A stretch of DNA of 64,000 bases, taken from Nitrospirota bacterium. GTDB lineage: Bacteria; Nitrospirota; Thermodesulfovibrionia; Thermodesulfovibrionales; UBA6898. The notes beneath the pieces are model-generated. The model searched no databases. It had not been told where the DNA came from and worked only from the letters and a program-made list of their open reading frames with translations. The stretch spans positions 13,955 through 77,954 of the forward strand of contig JAJRYC010000038.1 of NCBI GenBank assembly GCA_024275975.1, read 5' to 3'. Made by a program: the position numbers and the translations under genes. Shown here piece by piece: positions 37,874 through 48,328 of the stretch (position 1 is its first letter; each line of letters opens with the position of its first letter).

Positions 37874-40450
37874 ATGTTAGAACTGACTCCATTGATGAAA
37901 CAGTATTTCAGTATCAAGGAAAACCACCTTGACGCCATCGTCTTCTTCAGGCTGGGTGATTTCTACGAGATGTTCGGGGAAGACGCCGAGAACGCGTCAA
38001 AAATCCTCCAGATAACACTGACAACAAGAGAGAAGACCAGGGACAATCCCATCCCGATGTGCGGCATACCTTATTTCGCGTCGGAGTCCTATATATCCAG
38101 GCTGATAAAGGCCGGCTATAAAGTCGCCATATGCGAACAGACGGAAGACCCCAGAGAGGCAAAGGGCATTGTATCGAGAGAAGTGGTCAGAGTGATCACG
38201 CCCGGCACGCATGTTCCGGAAAATCCGAAAGAAAATATTTATATTATCAGCATCTTTCCTTCTGGAAAAAAACACGGCATCGCTACGGCCGATATCTCCA
38301 CGGGGGAATTCATCGTTTTCGAGACCGAAGAGAATATCGAGGATGAGATCAGCAGATTCGAGCCGAAGGAAATCATTATACCGGACAGCATCAAAGATGA
38401 CATTCATTACAGCGAAGTCCTTTCGGGATTCAACGTTTCCACTATAGATGACTGGGTCTTTGATTATACCGAGGCATACAGAACGCTCCTCAAGCGATTC
38501 AGGGTGTCCTCGCTGGAAGGATACGGGTGTGAAGGGGAGACGTCGGCTATTTCGGCCGCCGGTGCACTTATAAGCTACCTTGAAAATACGCAGGAGGGTT
38601 TCCCGGCCTTTAAAAAAATCACAACGCTTAAACAGAACTCGTTTATGTTTATAGACGCGGCGACACAGCGCAACCTTGAGTTGTCCCGCAACCTGAAAGA
38701 TGGTTCGGGAGAAGAAACCCTTCTGTGGGTCCTTGACGAGACCTTGACGCCGATGGGCGGCAGGTTACTTAGGGCCTCGCTGCTCCGCCCCATGACAAAT
38801 GCCACGGAAATAAGATCGCGCCACGCTGCGGTGGAATACCTTATAGAGGATTTTGAACTGCAGGAAGAACTCCGCAATTCATTAAGAAAGGTGCAGGACA
38901 TCGAGAGACTGACCTCAAAGGTATCATCTGGAACCGCGAATGCAAGAGATCTTGCCGCAATAAAAAATTCCCTTTTGAATCTTCCGGTAATAAAAAGTTC
39001 CCTTTCAGCGTCCAGGAACGACTATTTCAAATCTCTGTCCTATGAGATCGCGGAATTTTCTCTTCTTAAGGATCTCCTGGAAAAGAGCATCATAGACAGC
39101 CCTCCAATTACTGTAAAGGACGGTGGCATAATCAGAGAACAATATGACAAAGAAGTCGACGCTCTCAGGAATATCTCAACAAAAGGCAAGGATTTTATAT
39201 CAGACCTCGAGATAAGGGAGAAGAAAAGGTCTGGAATATCCTCGCTGAAGATCGGATATAACAGGATTCTGGGCTACTATATAGAGGTAACCAAGTCAAA
39301 CATTGATATGGTACCTGAAAATTACATAAGAAAGCAGACACTGGTGGGAAGCGAAAGATTTATCACGGATGAACTGAAAGAATACGAAAACAAGGTGCTC
39401 GGCGCCGAAGAGAGGCTGAAAAATCTCGAATATGAGCTATTCAGGAAAATCCTTGCATCCGTAAAGGAAGAGATCGGCGCGCTCTTTAAGGCCGCTGGAG
39501 TACTCGCAGTGCTGGACTTTCTTTTATCGCTGTCAGTGGTAGCCAAACGTTATAATTATATCAGGCCCGTCATTGTAGAGGAGAGCCTGATAGACATTAC
39601 TGATGGAAGACATCCTGTCCTCGAGCGCATATTATCAGCCGAGAGATTCATACCAAACGATACCTTTATCGACGGCCTTGACAGCAGGCTCCTGATTCTT
39701 ACAGGTCCTAACATGGCAGGAAAGTCCACTTATATGAGGCAGGTCGCCCTTATCGTGCTGATGGCGCAGATGGGGAGCTTTGTCCCCGCGGCATCCGCGA
39801 AAATCGGGATTACAGACAGGATTTTAACCCGCATCGGCGCATCTGATTTTCTGTCAAAGGGACAGAGTACATTTATGGTTGAGATGATAGAAGCGGCGAA
39901 TATTGTCAATAATGCGACTTCGCAAAGCCTGATTTTGCTTGATGAGGTCGGCAGGGGCACCAGCACTTTTGACGGAATAAGCATTGCATGGGCCATAGCG
40001 GAAGATATCCTGAACAATATAACCGCGCGCACGCTATTTGCGACGCATTACAACGAACTAACGGAACTGGCCCTCGCTCTGGATGGCGTAAAAAACTACA
40101 ACATAGCCGTCAAGGAATGGGGAGATGAAATAATTTTTCTCAGAAAAATCGAAGAAGGCCCGGCTGACAAAAGCTATGGCATACAGGTTGCCAGGCTGGC
40201 GGGCATGCCGGAGAGTATTCTAACCCGCGCCAGAGCGGTGCTCAACAACCTTGAAAAAGAGGAGCTCAATCAATACGGCAAACCCAAACTTGCCGGCAAA
40301 AAATCAAAAGCGCAGAGAGAACAACTCGACCTGTTCTCTTCCGTGAATGAGTCGATAGTGGCTGAAATCCGTAACCTTGATATAGACGGCCTTAATCCCG
40401 AGGACGCGCTTTTAAAACTTGGTGAACTGCAAAAGAAGCTTGAATTTTGA
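37874..40450 (+). CDS. mutS: DNA mismatch repair protein MutS
   Basis: MLELTPLMKQYFSIKENHLDAIVFFRLGDFYEMFGEDA, Walker A GPNMAGKST, then DEVGRGTSTFDG. The track ORF opens earlier, at 37817. Confidence 0.97.
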   Translation: MLELTPLMKQYFSIKENHLDAIVFFRLGDFYEMFGEDAENASKILQITLTTREKTRDNPIPMCGIPYFASESYISRLIKAGYKVAICEQTEDPREAKGIVSREVVRVITPGTHVPENPKENIYIISIFPSGKKHGIATADISTGEFIVFETEENIEDEISRFEPKEIIIPDSIKDDIHYSEVLSGFNVSTIDDWVFDYTEAYRTLLKRFRVSSLEGYGCEGETSAISAAGALISYLENTQEGFPAFKKITTLKQNSFMFIDAATQRNLELSRNLKDGSGEETLLWVLDETLTPMGGRLLRASLLRPMTNATEIRSRHAAVEYLIEDFELQEELRNSLRKVQDIERLTSKVSSGTANARDLAAIKNSLLNLPVIKSSLSASRNDYFKSLSYEIAEFSLLKDLLEKSIIDSPPITVKDGGIIREQYDKEVDALRNISTKGKDFISDLEIREKKRSGISSLKIGYNRILGYYIEVTKSNIDMVPENYIRKQTLVGSERFITDELKEYENKVLGAEERLKNLEYELFRKILASVKEEIGALFKAAGVLAVLDFLLSLSVVAKRYNYIRPVIVEESLIDITDGRHPVLERILSAERFIPNDTFIDGLDSRLLILTGPNMAGKSTYMRQVALIVLMAQMGSFVPAASAKIGITDRILTRIGASDFLSKGQSTFMVEMIEAANIVNNATSQSLILLDEVGRGTSTFDGISIAWAIAEDILNNITARTLFATHYNELTELALALDGVKNYNIAVKEWGDEIIFLRKIEEGPADKSYGIQVARLAGMPESILTRARAVLNNLEKEELNQYGKPKLAGKKSKAQREQLDLFSSVNESIVAEIRNLDIDGLNPEDALLKLGELQKKLEF

Positions 40451-40497
40451 GGCTCAGAGTAAATGAGAGCGGGTGAAAATATATTAAAATATTAATT

Positions 40498-40522
40498 CCC
40501 CCCTCTTTTGAAAAAGAGGGGG
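40498..40522 (+). terminator. Palindromic hairpin after mutS (possible terminator; diverged REP-like copy)
   Basis: CCCCCCTCTTTT-G-AAAAAGAGGGGG. There is no clean T-run downstream. Confidence 0.35.
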
Positions 40523-40633
40523 ACAAAAAGGGAAGCTGAAATATTCATAATTGACCCATTCGATTACATGAAGATTGAATCTTGATTTTCCAGACCAATT
40601 TTGACAAAAAATCACAATTTGTTTATCTTATTC

Positions 40634-40662
40634 TTGCTTTACAAAGCTGAGAATTCTATGAT
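40634..40662 (+). promoter_or_regulatory. Candidate sigma70-type promoter for gcvH-lpd
   Basis: TTGCTT, 17-nt spacer, TATGAT, about 40 nt upstream of the gcvH ATG. A second candidate (TTGACA, 17 nt, TATCTT) lies at 40601-40629. Confidence 0.35.
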
Positions 40663-40703
40663 AATAAAGCGGAAGATATAAATTCCTGACTAAGGAGGCG
40701 GCA

Positions 40704-41090
40704 ATGAATCCTGATGATTTCAAATATCACAAAGAACACACATGGGTAAAGGTAACAGGGGGAAAAGCAACAATCGGTATCACTGATTACGCGCAGGACG
40801 CGCTTGGGGACATCGTATACATCGACCTTCCTGAAATCGATGCTTCCGTGGAAGCCAACAGTGAAATTGCCGAGATAGAATCTACAAAGGCAACATCCAG
40901 CATAATATCGCCGGTTAGCGGAAAAATCGCTGAAATTAACGAAAATCTTTCCGAATCGCCGGAGGTCATCAACGAAGATCCTTACGGAAAGGGCTGGGTG
41001 GCTATACTCGAAATGGATAACACTTCAGAGCTTGACGAACTGATGGACTCATCGGCATATGAAAAATTTACAGAAGAGGAATCAAAATGA
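40704..41090 (+). CDS. gcvH: Glycine cleavage system H protein (lipoyl carrier)
   Basis: HTWVKV...GITDYAQDALGDIVYIDLPE...IESTKATSSIISPVSG, including the lipoyl-Lys. Confidence 0.9.
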   Translation: MNPDDFKYHKEHTWVKVTGGKATIGITDYAQDALGDIVYIDLPEIDASVEANSEIAEIESTKATSSIISPVSGKIAEINENLSESPEVINEDPYGKGWVAILEMDNTSELDELMDSSAYEKFTEEESK

Positions 41091-42472
41091 GACTAACTAT
41101 TATCGGTGCTGGACCGGGCGGATACGTCGCTGCGATTAAAGCGGCTCAGTCAGGCGCCAGTGTTACCGTGATTGAAGATACCGATGTTGGCGGTACCTGC
41201 CTGAACAGGGGCTGCATTCCGACAAAGGCGCTGGTGGCCTCGTCTGAAATGCTCGCTAAAGCAAGAGAATCCGATAAGTTCGGCATAGAAATATCAGGAG
41301 ACATCAAACCAAACTTCTCAAAGATTATCGAAAGAAAAAACAGGATCGTCAGCGCGCAGGTGAAGGGGATCAGGGGTCTTTTCAAGAGCTGGGGCGTCGT
41401 GCTGAAAGAAGGCAGGGCCTCCCTGGTTTCGGCCAATGAAGTCGAGATAACACTGAAAGACGGTTCAACCGGGAAGCTCGATTCCGACAGGATAATAATC
41501 GCCACAGGATCCAGACCGGCCAGGATACCGGGGTTTCCCTTTGACGGAGAAAATATAATCACAAGCGATGAGGCACTGGAACTTACGGCAATCCCCCAAA
41601 GCCTGTTAATAATAGGCGCCGGAGTAATCGGCTGTGAGTTCGCTTGCATCTACCGAGAACTCGGCTCCGAAGTTACCATGGTTGAAATGCTTCCCAGGGC
41701 GGTGGCCACAGAAGACCAGGAAGTTTCATCGCTTCTCGAAAAAGAATTCAGGAAGAAAAAAATCAGGCTCCACACCGGCGTCAAGGTTGAAAAAGTCGAG
41801 AAAAAAGAAGACGGGGTCCACGTATTTCTATCCGACGGCAAAGAGCTTATCGCGGAAAAGGTTCTCGTCTCGATCGGAAGGTCATTAAACAGCGACAATA
41901 TCGGTCTCGAAAAGGCGGGTGTAATCAGGGGCACAAGGGGAGAAATAACCGTTAATGAAAAGATGGAGACGAATATACCGGGAATATACGCGATCGGGGA
42001 TGTCACCGGGGGCATGATGCTGGCGCATATCGCCTCGAAACAGGGCATTATAGCCGCCCAAAACGCGGTTGGTATGAATGAAGTCATGGATTACAGCGTG
42101 GTGCCGGCTGCAATCTTCACTGACCCTGAAATAGCTTCCGTGGGATTGAGAGAGCATCAGGCCGAAGAAAAAGGGCTAAAGTTCAGGACAGGCCGTTTTC
42201 AGTTCCGCGCCCTCGGCAAGGCGCACGCAATCGGTGAGATTGCGGGGTTCATAAAGATCATATCCGAGGAATCAACCGATAAAATCCTTGGGGTCCATAT
42301 TATCGGCCCTCACGCGTCCGATCTTATCCATGAAGCTGCGGTCGCGTTAAAGGCCGGACTTACCGCACGCGACATTGCAGGGACGATCCATGCGCACCCA
42401 ACTCTGTCCGAAGGCGTCATGGAGTCCGCCGAAGACGTGCACGGCGAAGCGATTCATGCGGCTAAAAAATAA
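41087..42472 (+). CDS. lpdA: Dihydrolipoyl dehydrogenase
   Basis: GAGPGGY, redox disulfide GGTCLNRGCIPTK, and C-terminal HAHPTLSE. Confidence 0.9.
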   Translation: MRLTIIGAGPGGYVAAIKAAQSGASVTVIEDTDVGGTCLNRGCIPTKALVASSEMLAKARESDKFGIEISGDIKPNFSKIIERKNRIVSAQVKGIRGLFKSWGVVLKEGRASLVSANEVEITLKDGSTGKLDSDRIIIATGSRPARIPGFPFDGENIITSDEALELTAIPQSLLIIGAGVIGCEFACIYRELGSEVTMVEMLPRAVATEDQEVSSLLEKEFRKKKIRLHTGVKVEKVEKKEDGVHVFLSDGKELIAEKVLVSIGRSLNSDNIGLEKAGVIRGTRGEITVNEKMETNIPGIYAIGDVTGGMMLAHIASKQGIIAAQNAVGMNEVMDYSVVPAAIFTDPEIASVGLREHQAEEKGLKFRTGRFQFRALGKAHAIGEIAGFIKIISEESTDKILGVHIIGPHASDLIHEAAVALKAGLTARDIAGTIHAHPTLSEGVMESAEDVHGEAIHAAKK

Positions 42473-42490
42473 TCCTTCAATATAATCCCC

Positions 42491-43870
42491 ATGTTCCGGG
42501 AAGGTGAGATGGAAAGTTGGATTTCTCATTCGAAAAAGGTCAACCACCCGCTCTTTTCAGAGCTTGATGTTCATCTGCGCGCGATCAGCCGGTTCTTTAA
42601 CGTGGAATACCTTACGTTTTCGGATAAAGACCTTACGTCAAGGAACTTCTACAATGAATTAGTAGCTGCACGGGACACGATTCTCCGTATTCTCGCTGTA
42701 ATGGAAGTCGTCATACCGGAGAGCAGGAGAAACGTCTACTGGTTTCAGAAATTCGCGGAAACAAAGCTCCTCCCTGAACATAAAAGGGAAATCTTCCAGC
42801 AGGATCTTTATAGCGAAGACACACAGGAAAAAAGCCTGCTCCTGTTATACGATTCTTTTCTGGATCTCAAAGGCGTTATCACTGACCTTATCAGAAGCAG
42901 GCATGTCTCGTATCAGGGGTTTACGAACATCGGACATCTTATCGGAAAAGAGATAAGAGAAAATGTATTTTTTAATCCCTTCAGAAAAACCACGAAACCC
43001 GAATATAATGTAATTAACAATATCGAGATATCCGGCATTGTCAAATCCATAGAAGACAAAAAGCTGAAAAAACAGATCTCGATCATATACCTGTACTTAT
43101 TCAGGTTCCTGCGTTTTATGAATTTTATCGACATCGAAACAGAGCGGTCCGTCAGCCTTAACTCATCACTGGCAATACTTATACTGCTGAGATCCGAGAT
43201 AAATATGTTCCTTGGGTACATCGAGAAAGTCGTTAAAAAAGTCAGGCCGCCCGGCCTTGCTTCAGCATTGAATTCCATCGTATACCAGTTCTCCATGGAA
43301 TCGAAACGGGTTTATCTTCAGGAACTCAGGGACATTCACCAAAAAAAAGCGCCGGTGCATTTCAGGGGGAAGCTTGAAAACTGTCACGGAATCCTGAAAA
43401 ATCTCACAGAGCAGAGTATATTTCAGTTATCGCTGCAGTTCAGGCCTGAATTAAAGGGAGATCAGATATTCGAAAGTTTTGTGACCAGACTTGAACAATC
43501 GTTGAGACTGAGAGAAGATATTTTTATCCTCCACAAGTTCACTTCCTTACTGGGGAGCCGAACCGCCGATGCCGATGAACGACTGAAAGTCTTTGAATCG
43601 CTCAGGAATTATATGTTATATTTTGAGAGCTTTACTTTCAGGCTTTTGAGACACGACGATTACGAAGAGTTCGTAAAGTTCTTTAATGAGCTGAACTCGA
43701 TAAACAAAAACGCCCTGCTCGGCCCGGAATTCCGTAAGATAATAGAAAAGATAGATTACTTCAGGATCTATCTGGAGGCGACTCTAAGACATATATCCAA
43801 CAGATCGGAACTGGACGGCAGATCAGTCGATATGGAGAGGGTGGAATCTTTTATCAGACAATATCTGTAA
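42491..43870 (+). CDS. Hypothetical protein, predicted all-alpha, no recognised family
   Basis: 459-aa ORF in the gcvH-lpd / eno gene string. Coding-like composition. I recognise no motif. Confidence 0.5.
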   Translation: MFREGEMESWISHSKKVNHPLFSELDVHLRAISRFFNVEYLTFSDKDLTSRNFYNELVAARDTILRILAVMEVVIPESRRNVYWFQKFAETKLLPEHKREIFQQDLYSEDTQEKSLLLLYDSFLDLKGVITDLIRSRHVSYQGFTNIGHLIGKEIRENVFFNPFRKTTKPEYNVINNIEISGIVKSIEDKKLKKQISIIYLYLFRFLRFMNFIDIETERSVSLNSSLAILILLRSEINMFLGYIEKVVKKVRPPGLASALNSIVYQFSMESKRVYLQELRDIHQKKAPVHFRGKLENCHGILKNLTEQSIFQLSLQFRPELKGDQIFESFVTRLEQSLRLREDIFILHKFTSLLGSRTADADERLKVFESLRNYMLYFESFTFRLLRHDDYEEFVKFFNELNSINKNALLGPEFRKIIEKIDYFRIYLEATLRHISNRSELDGRSVDMERVESFIRQYL

Positions 43871-43904
43871 TTCCGGATAATCAAGCCGGACTAAGGAGGA
43901 AATC

Positions 43905-45179
43905 GTGGGAATAATTGTAGATTTTATAGCAAGAGAAATCATTGATTCCAGGGGAAACCCGACAGTAGAGGTCGACACATATCTTGAGAGCGGGATTATG
44001 GGGAGGGCCGCAGTCCCGTCAGGCGCGTCAACCGGGGAACGGGAGGCCATCGAACTCAGAGACGGCGGCAAAAGGTTTCATGGGAAAGGAGTCCGGCAGG
44101 CGGTCAGGAATGTCCTTGAGAAAATAGCCCCGGTGCTTCGCGGGGCGAATTCCGACAACCAGGCCGATATAGACAATCTGTTGATAGAGCTCGACGGTAC
44201 CGATAATAAAGAAAAGCTCGGCGCGAACGCAATTCTTGGGGTCTCCCTGTCTGTCTGCAAGGCGACCGCGCTGGAGCTGGGCCAGCCCCTGTATAAATAC
44301 ATCGGCGGCTGTAACGCCAAAGTACTGCCCGTGCCGATGATGAACATATTAAACGGCGGCGCCCACGCGGACAACAATCTCGATATCCAGGAATTCATGA
44401 TAATGCCGGTCGGATTCCCTGATTTTTCATCGGCGCTGAGGGCCGGTTCGGAGATATTCCAGACCTTAAAGAAGATACTGAAAGGCAAAAAGCTCAATTC
44501 CTCGGTCGGGGATGAAGGCGGTTTCGCACCGAACCTTGCCGGCAATGAAGAAGCGATATCTCTTATTTTAAAGGCCGTCAGGGAATCAGGGTACACGCCC
44601 GGTAAAAATATCTTCCTGGCGCTCGACGTCGCTGCTTCCGGGTTTTACTCAAAAGGTCTTTACAGTTTTGAGGGTAAAAAAGTCAAAAGCAGCGACATGA
44701 TAGACTATTACCGGAAATTAATAGCAGAGCACCCTATTCTTTCCATTGAGGACGGCCTGTCTGAAAATGACTGGAAAGGATGGGAAACAATGACATCAAG
44801 TCTCGGCGACAAGCTCCAGATTGTGGGAGACGATATTTTTGTGACCGATACAAAACTTCTGAAAAAGGGAATCGATAAAAAAATCGCTAATTCCATTCTG
44901 ATAAAACTCAACCAGATAGGCACTCTCACCGAAACCCTCGATGCCATCGAGATGGCTAAAACAGCCGGGTATACCGCCATAATCTCTCACCGCTCGGGGG
45001 AGACGGAGGATACAACAATAGCTGATCTCGCAGTAGCATGCAATACCGGCTTCATAAAAACCGGTTCGCTCGCCAGAAGCGAGCGCGTAGCGAAATACAA
45101 CAGGCTTCTTGTCATAGAAGAAGAGCTTGGGGAATCGGCAGTATACAAAGGAACAAATACGTTCTATAATTTAGGATAA
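43905..45179 (+). CDS. eno: Enolase
   Basis: GTG start after [22 protein letters not shown] and [10 protein letters not shown]. Confidence 0.97.
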   Translation: MGIIVDFIAREIIDSRGNPTVEVDTYLESGIMGRAAVPSGASTGEREAIELRDGGKRFHGKGVRQAVRNVLEKIAPVLRGANSDNQADIDNLLIELDGTDNKEKLGANAILGVSLSVCKATALELGQPLYKYIGGCNAKVLPVPMMNILNGGAHADNNLDIQEFMIMPVGFPDFSSALRAGSEIFQTLKKILKGKKLNSSVGDEGGFAPNLAGNEEAISLILKAVRESGYTPGKNIFLALDVAASGFYSKGLYSFEGKKVKSSDMIDYYRKLIAEHPILSIEDGLSENDWKGWETMTSSLGDKLQIVGDDIFVTDTKLLKKGIDKKIANSILIKLNQIGTLTETLDAIEMAKTAGYTAIISHRSGETEDTTIADLAVACNTGFIKTGSLARSERVAKYNRLLVIEEELGESAVYKGTNTFYNLG

Positions 45180-45502
45180 TGACTACTAACAACTTATTAC
45201 GAAAACAGGTTATATCAGAACTCAGGAAAAGAAGGCATATATTCCTTACTTTTATAATTCTCAGCTTTATCTACCTGGCTATAAATCTTTTCTTCAGCGA
45301 TATGAGCCTCTTCAAACTTTTTGAGCTTAACGACACCCAAAATAATATAAAAACAGAGATAGCCAGTATAAATAAACAGAACGAACAGCTCAGGACCCAG
45401 ATAAAATTACTGAAAGAAGATCCTTTCTACAGGGAAAAACTCGCCCGGGAAGAATTTGGGCTGGCAAAGCCTGACGAATACATATTCCAGTATGACCGAT
45501 AA
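45179..45502 (+). CDS. ftsB: Septum formation initiator FtsB/DivIC-like
   Basis: One TM plus a coiled coil, with C-terminal DPFYREKLAREEFGLAKPDE. Downstream of eno, as in many bacteria. Confidence 0.7.
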   Translation: MTTNNLLRKQVISELRKRRHIFLTFIILSFIYLAINLFFSDMSLFKLFELNDTQNNIKTEIASINKQNEQLRTQIKLLKEDPFYREKLAREEFGLAKPDEYIFQYDR

Positions 45503-45715
45503 CCACGAGACCAGGTGCTTAGGATAAAACCATTCCTTATGTATGCAGACCGACCGCTTTCCCGTTGAATTACTAAAAGAACCGATTGATCCGCTTTAAA
45601 AACACTATTTTCCAAGCGGATCAAACGGCTGGAGCTATTCTTTTACGGCTGAAACTATTTATGTTACACTATTGATTAAACCTGATTGATGACGAAAATC
45701 CTGGAGGGATTTAAA

Positions 45716-46462
45716 ATGTTCGACATAAAGTTAGAAAAACTTCCTGCAGTTGTTTCCGGGAGGATAAGACCTTTTATTGAAGAAATCCTCGGCGGTTATT
45801 CCGAAAATATCCACTCAATCCATATTGTGGGCAGTTCCATTACAAAAGATTTCGATGAAAAGACTACGGACATCAACAGCATATTCGTGCTCAGGGAAAT
45901 GGACCTGCAATTTATTAAGCTGATCGCGCCTCTCGGGAAAAAATACAGGAAAAAGAGCGTCGCTGCACCGCTCATTATGACCCCTGAATACATTTTAAGT
46001 TCGCTGGATGTATTCCCCATCGAGTTTCTTGATTTTAAAATTATCCATGAGACGGTCTATGGTCAAGATATATTAAAAGACATCGGGATAACGGCAGTTG
46101 ACTTAAGAAATCAGTGTGAAAGAGAAATAAAGAGCAAGCTGATCGGACTCAGGCAGGGATATATCTCGTCCCTTGGGGACAGGCAGCTGCTTACAGAACG
46201 CTTTGTCAGTTCCATTGCCGGTTATATGCCGCTTTTCCGTGGAATCATATTTCTGATGGGCAAGGAACCTCCCACGGGTAAATACGATGTTATATCCGCA
46301 CTTTCTTCTTCCACTGGCATCAACACGGATGTATTTAAGCGGATCGTGGACATAAAGAAAGGCAAATCAAAATTGTCCAGGGCGGAGCTGGATACAATAT
46401 TTGAAGACTTTTACGCAACTACGGAAAAGCTTGGGAAGATAATAGATGAATATCATGTTTAA
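45716..46462 (+). CDS. Hypothetical protein, nucleotidyltransferase-fold-like N-terminus
   Basis: Start MFDIKLEKL after GGAGGG. IHIVGSSITKDFDEKTTDINSIFVL resembles the GS...D.D minimal NTase motif but reads D-I-N. Confidence 0.4.
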   Translation: MFDIKLEKLPAVVSGRIRPFIEEILGGYSENIHSIHIVGSSITKDFDEKTTDINSIFVLREMDLQFIKLIAPLGKKYRKKSVAAPLIMTPEYILSSLDVFPIEFLDFKIIHETVYGQDILKDIGITAVDLRNQCEREIKSKLIGLRQGYISSLGDRQLLTERFVSSIAGYMPLFRGIIFLMGKEPPTGKYDVISALSSSTGINTDVFKRIVDIKKGKSKLSRAELDTIFEDFYATTEKLGKIIDEYHV

Positions 46463-47231
46463 ACGTCTTTTCCTGGTAGTCCTGTTCTCCCTGTTTATTG
46501 CTCCATCGTCATTTGGAGTTCTGCCTCCCATACCGCAGACACCACGAAACTATGTCGTGGATCTGGCTAACATCATTGACAATAATGTTGAACAACGCCT
46601 GAATGGATACCTGCAGGAACTGGAACAGAAGACAACCGCGCAGTTCATTGTTCTGACAATCATCTCCCTCGAAGGAGAATCAATTGATGATCTCTCTATC
46701 ACTATCGCGCATGATAAATGGAGTCTGGGGCAGAAAGGAAAAGATAACGGGGCATTACTACTTGTCGCGCTCAAGGACAAAAAGTACAGGTTCGAGATAG
46801 GATACGGTCTCGAAGGAATACTGCCTGACAGTCTGGTCGGCAGCATAGGCCGGGAATATCTCCAGCCATATTTCAAAAAAGGAGACTACTCCACCGGGAT
46901 ATTCGCCGCGTCACTGGCGGTAGCAGGCGTGATCGCTTCAGACGCAGGCGTGAATATCACGGGAATGCCGAAGCTCAGAAGATCTATTCCTTCCACCAGG
47001 CCCGTGAAGGTCGGTATCGCCGGTAAGATATTCACCGTCCTGTTTATTCTGGGGGCCATCATATTACTCATAAAAAATCCACGCCTGTTTCTTCTCCTCC
47101 TCCTCTTCTCTTCAATGGGAGGCGGCAGGAGAGGCTGGGGCGGTGGCGGCGGTTTCGGTGGCGGGGGCGGCGGCTTCGGCGGCGGCGGGGGGGGCGGCTT
47201 CGGCGGCGGCGGCGCATCGGGAGGATGGTAG
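46446..47231 (+). CDS. TPM-domain (YgcG-like) membrane protein with Gly-rich tail
   Basis: Signal peptide, TPM blocks (VVDLANII...QFIVLTI...DNGALLLVALKDKKYRFEIGYGLEG), a TM, and a GGGFGGGG...ASGGW tail. Ends at TAG. Confidence 0.75.
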   Translation: MNIMFKRLFLVVLFSLFIAPSSFGVLPPIPQTPRNYVVDLANIIDNNVEQRLNGYLQELEQKTTAQFIVLTIISLEGESIDDLSITIAHDKWSLGQKGKDNGALLLVALKDKKYRFEIGYGLEGILPDSLVGSIGREYLQPYFKKGDYSTGIFAASLAVAGVIASDAGVNITGMPKLRRSIPSTRPVKVGIAGKIFTVLFILGAIILLIKNPRLFLLLLLFSSMGGGRRGWGGGGGFGGGGGGFGGGGGGGFGGGGASGGW

Positions 47232-47286
47232 GTTATGTTTCGATCCACAGTGTCAATCCATGTTAATGTATTAAAGGAGGTTTTTA

Positions 47287-47868
47287 ATGGGAAAAGGTTT
47301 AAAAATAACGCTGATTGTTCTGGGCGTAGTTCTGATAATCGGTATCATGATTTCCAAATGGGCGATCGGTCAATATAACAATGTGATCGCCATGGACGAG
47401 AACGTCAAGGGTAAATGGGCACAGGTCGAGAACCAGTTAAAGAGGAGATATGACCTGATCCCTAATCTTGTTGTGACGGTTAAAGGGTATGCGAAACATG
47501 AAAAAGAGCTGTTCGAAAACATTGCCGAGGCCAGGACAAAGTACTTTCAGGCAAAAGATGTAAAAAGCAAAATAGGGGCGTCAAATCAGCTTGAGGGCGT
47601 ACTCTCGCGCCTCCTGCTCCTCAGGGAAAAATATCCGGACCTCAAAGCCAACCAGTCCTTTCTGAAACTCCAGGATAGCCTTGAAGGAACTGAAAACAGG
47701 ATCGCGGTCGAGAGGAAGAGGTACAACGAGTCGGTGCAGATGCTTAATACTTATATAAGGACATTCTTCGGCAGGTTTTTTGCCGGCATAGCTGGTGTGT
47801 CCGCCGCAGAATACTATGAAATTCCGGAGGGACAGGCAGAGAACCCGCAGGTAAAATTTGGAGAGTGA
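47287..47868 (+). CDS. lemA: LemA family protein
   Basis: An N-terminal TM followed by the LemA family block WAQVENQLKRRYDLIPNLV. Paired with a TPM gene. Confidence 0.9.
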   Translation: MGKGLKITLIVLGVVLIIGIMISKWAIGQYNNVIAMDENVKGKWAQVENQLKRRYDLIPNLVVTVKGYAKHEKELFENIAEARTKYFQAKDVKSKIGASNQLEGVLSRLLLLREKYPDLKANQSFLKLQDSLEGTENRIAVERKRYNESVQMLNTYIRTFFGRFFAGIAGVSAAEYYEIPEGQAENPQVKFGE

Positions 47869-47909
47869 GAAAGCATTAGTTTGAACTAAACTAAAAAATT
47901 ACATACGAA

Positions 47910-47969
47910 CAGGCAGGCATGTATATGGAAAATCCCTTACAATGCGGAACCGGCGTACATGCCTGCCTG
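47910..47969. repeat. 14-bp inverted repeat between the convergent lemA and ytxH-like genes
   Basis: CAGGCAGGCATGTA (47910-47923) and TACATGCCTGCCTG (47956-47969), separated by a 32-nt loop. Confidence 0.8.
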
Positions 47970-47995
47970 ACCGGTTTTGACTGAGTTACCGGATA

Positions 47996-48328
47996 TCAGG
48001 CATTGTGTTCTTTTGAAAGCTTTTCCTTCTCCTTTTCGTATGCCTCTTTCCCCGCCCCGATGGCTGAACCGACAAGTGATTTCTTTTCTTCATAAGTACT
48101 TTTGCCCTTTTCGATGACAGATGACATTTTGTCCTTTGTCTGTTCGATATACCCGGTGGACCTGCCCCTTATATCATCAACATAATCCTTGATTTTGGTT
48201 CTGGTTTCACTTCCCTGACGGGGAGCAAACAGAAAAGCAAGTACTGCGCCGACAACTCCACCTAAAAGAAAAGACAGCAATACCGAACCAGACCCGGAAC
48301 CATAACCATAATCCTCATTTCTCATCAT
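47996..48328 (-). CDS. YtxH-like general stress protein
   Basis: LLGGVVGAVLAFLFAPRQGSETR followed by a charged helical tail. Confidence 0.65.
   Translation of the reverse strand: MMRNEDYGYGSGSGSVLLSFLLGGVVGAVLAFLFAPRQGSETRTKIKDYVDDIRGRSTGYIEQTKDKMSSVIEKGKSTYEEKKSLVGSAIGAGKEAYEKEKEKLSKEHNA

Noticed and set aside
40523-40703. Glycine riboswitch upstream of gcvH
   Set aside because: The candidate promoters leave a leader of only ~40 nt. No tandem aptamer-like sequence is present.
47100-47231. GGC-rich low-complexity DNA (also 13081-13110) as a possible non-coding repeat
   Set aside because: It is in frame and encodes the Gly-rich tails typical of TPM/YgcG-like and other exported proteins. The G8 run at 47197-47204 is noted only as a possible sequencing-error hotspot.
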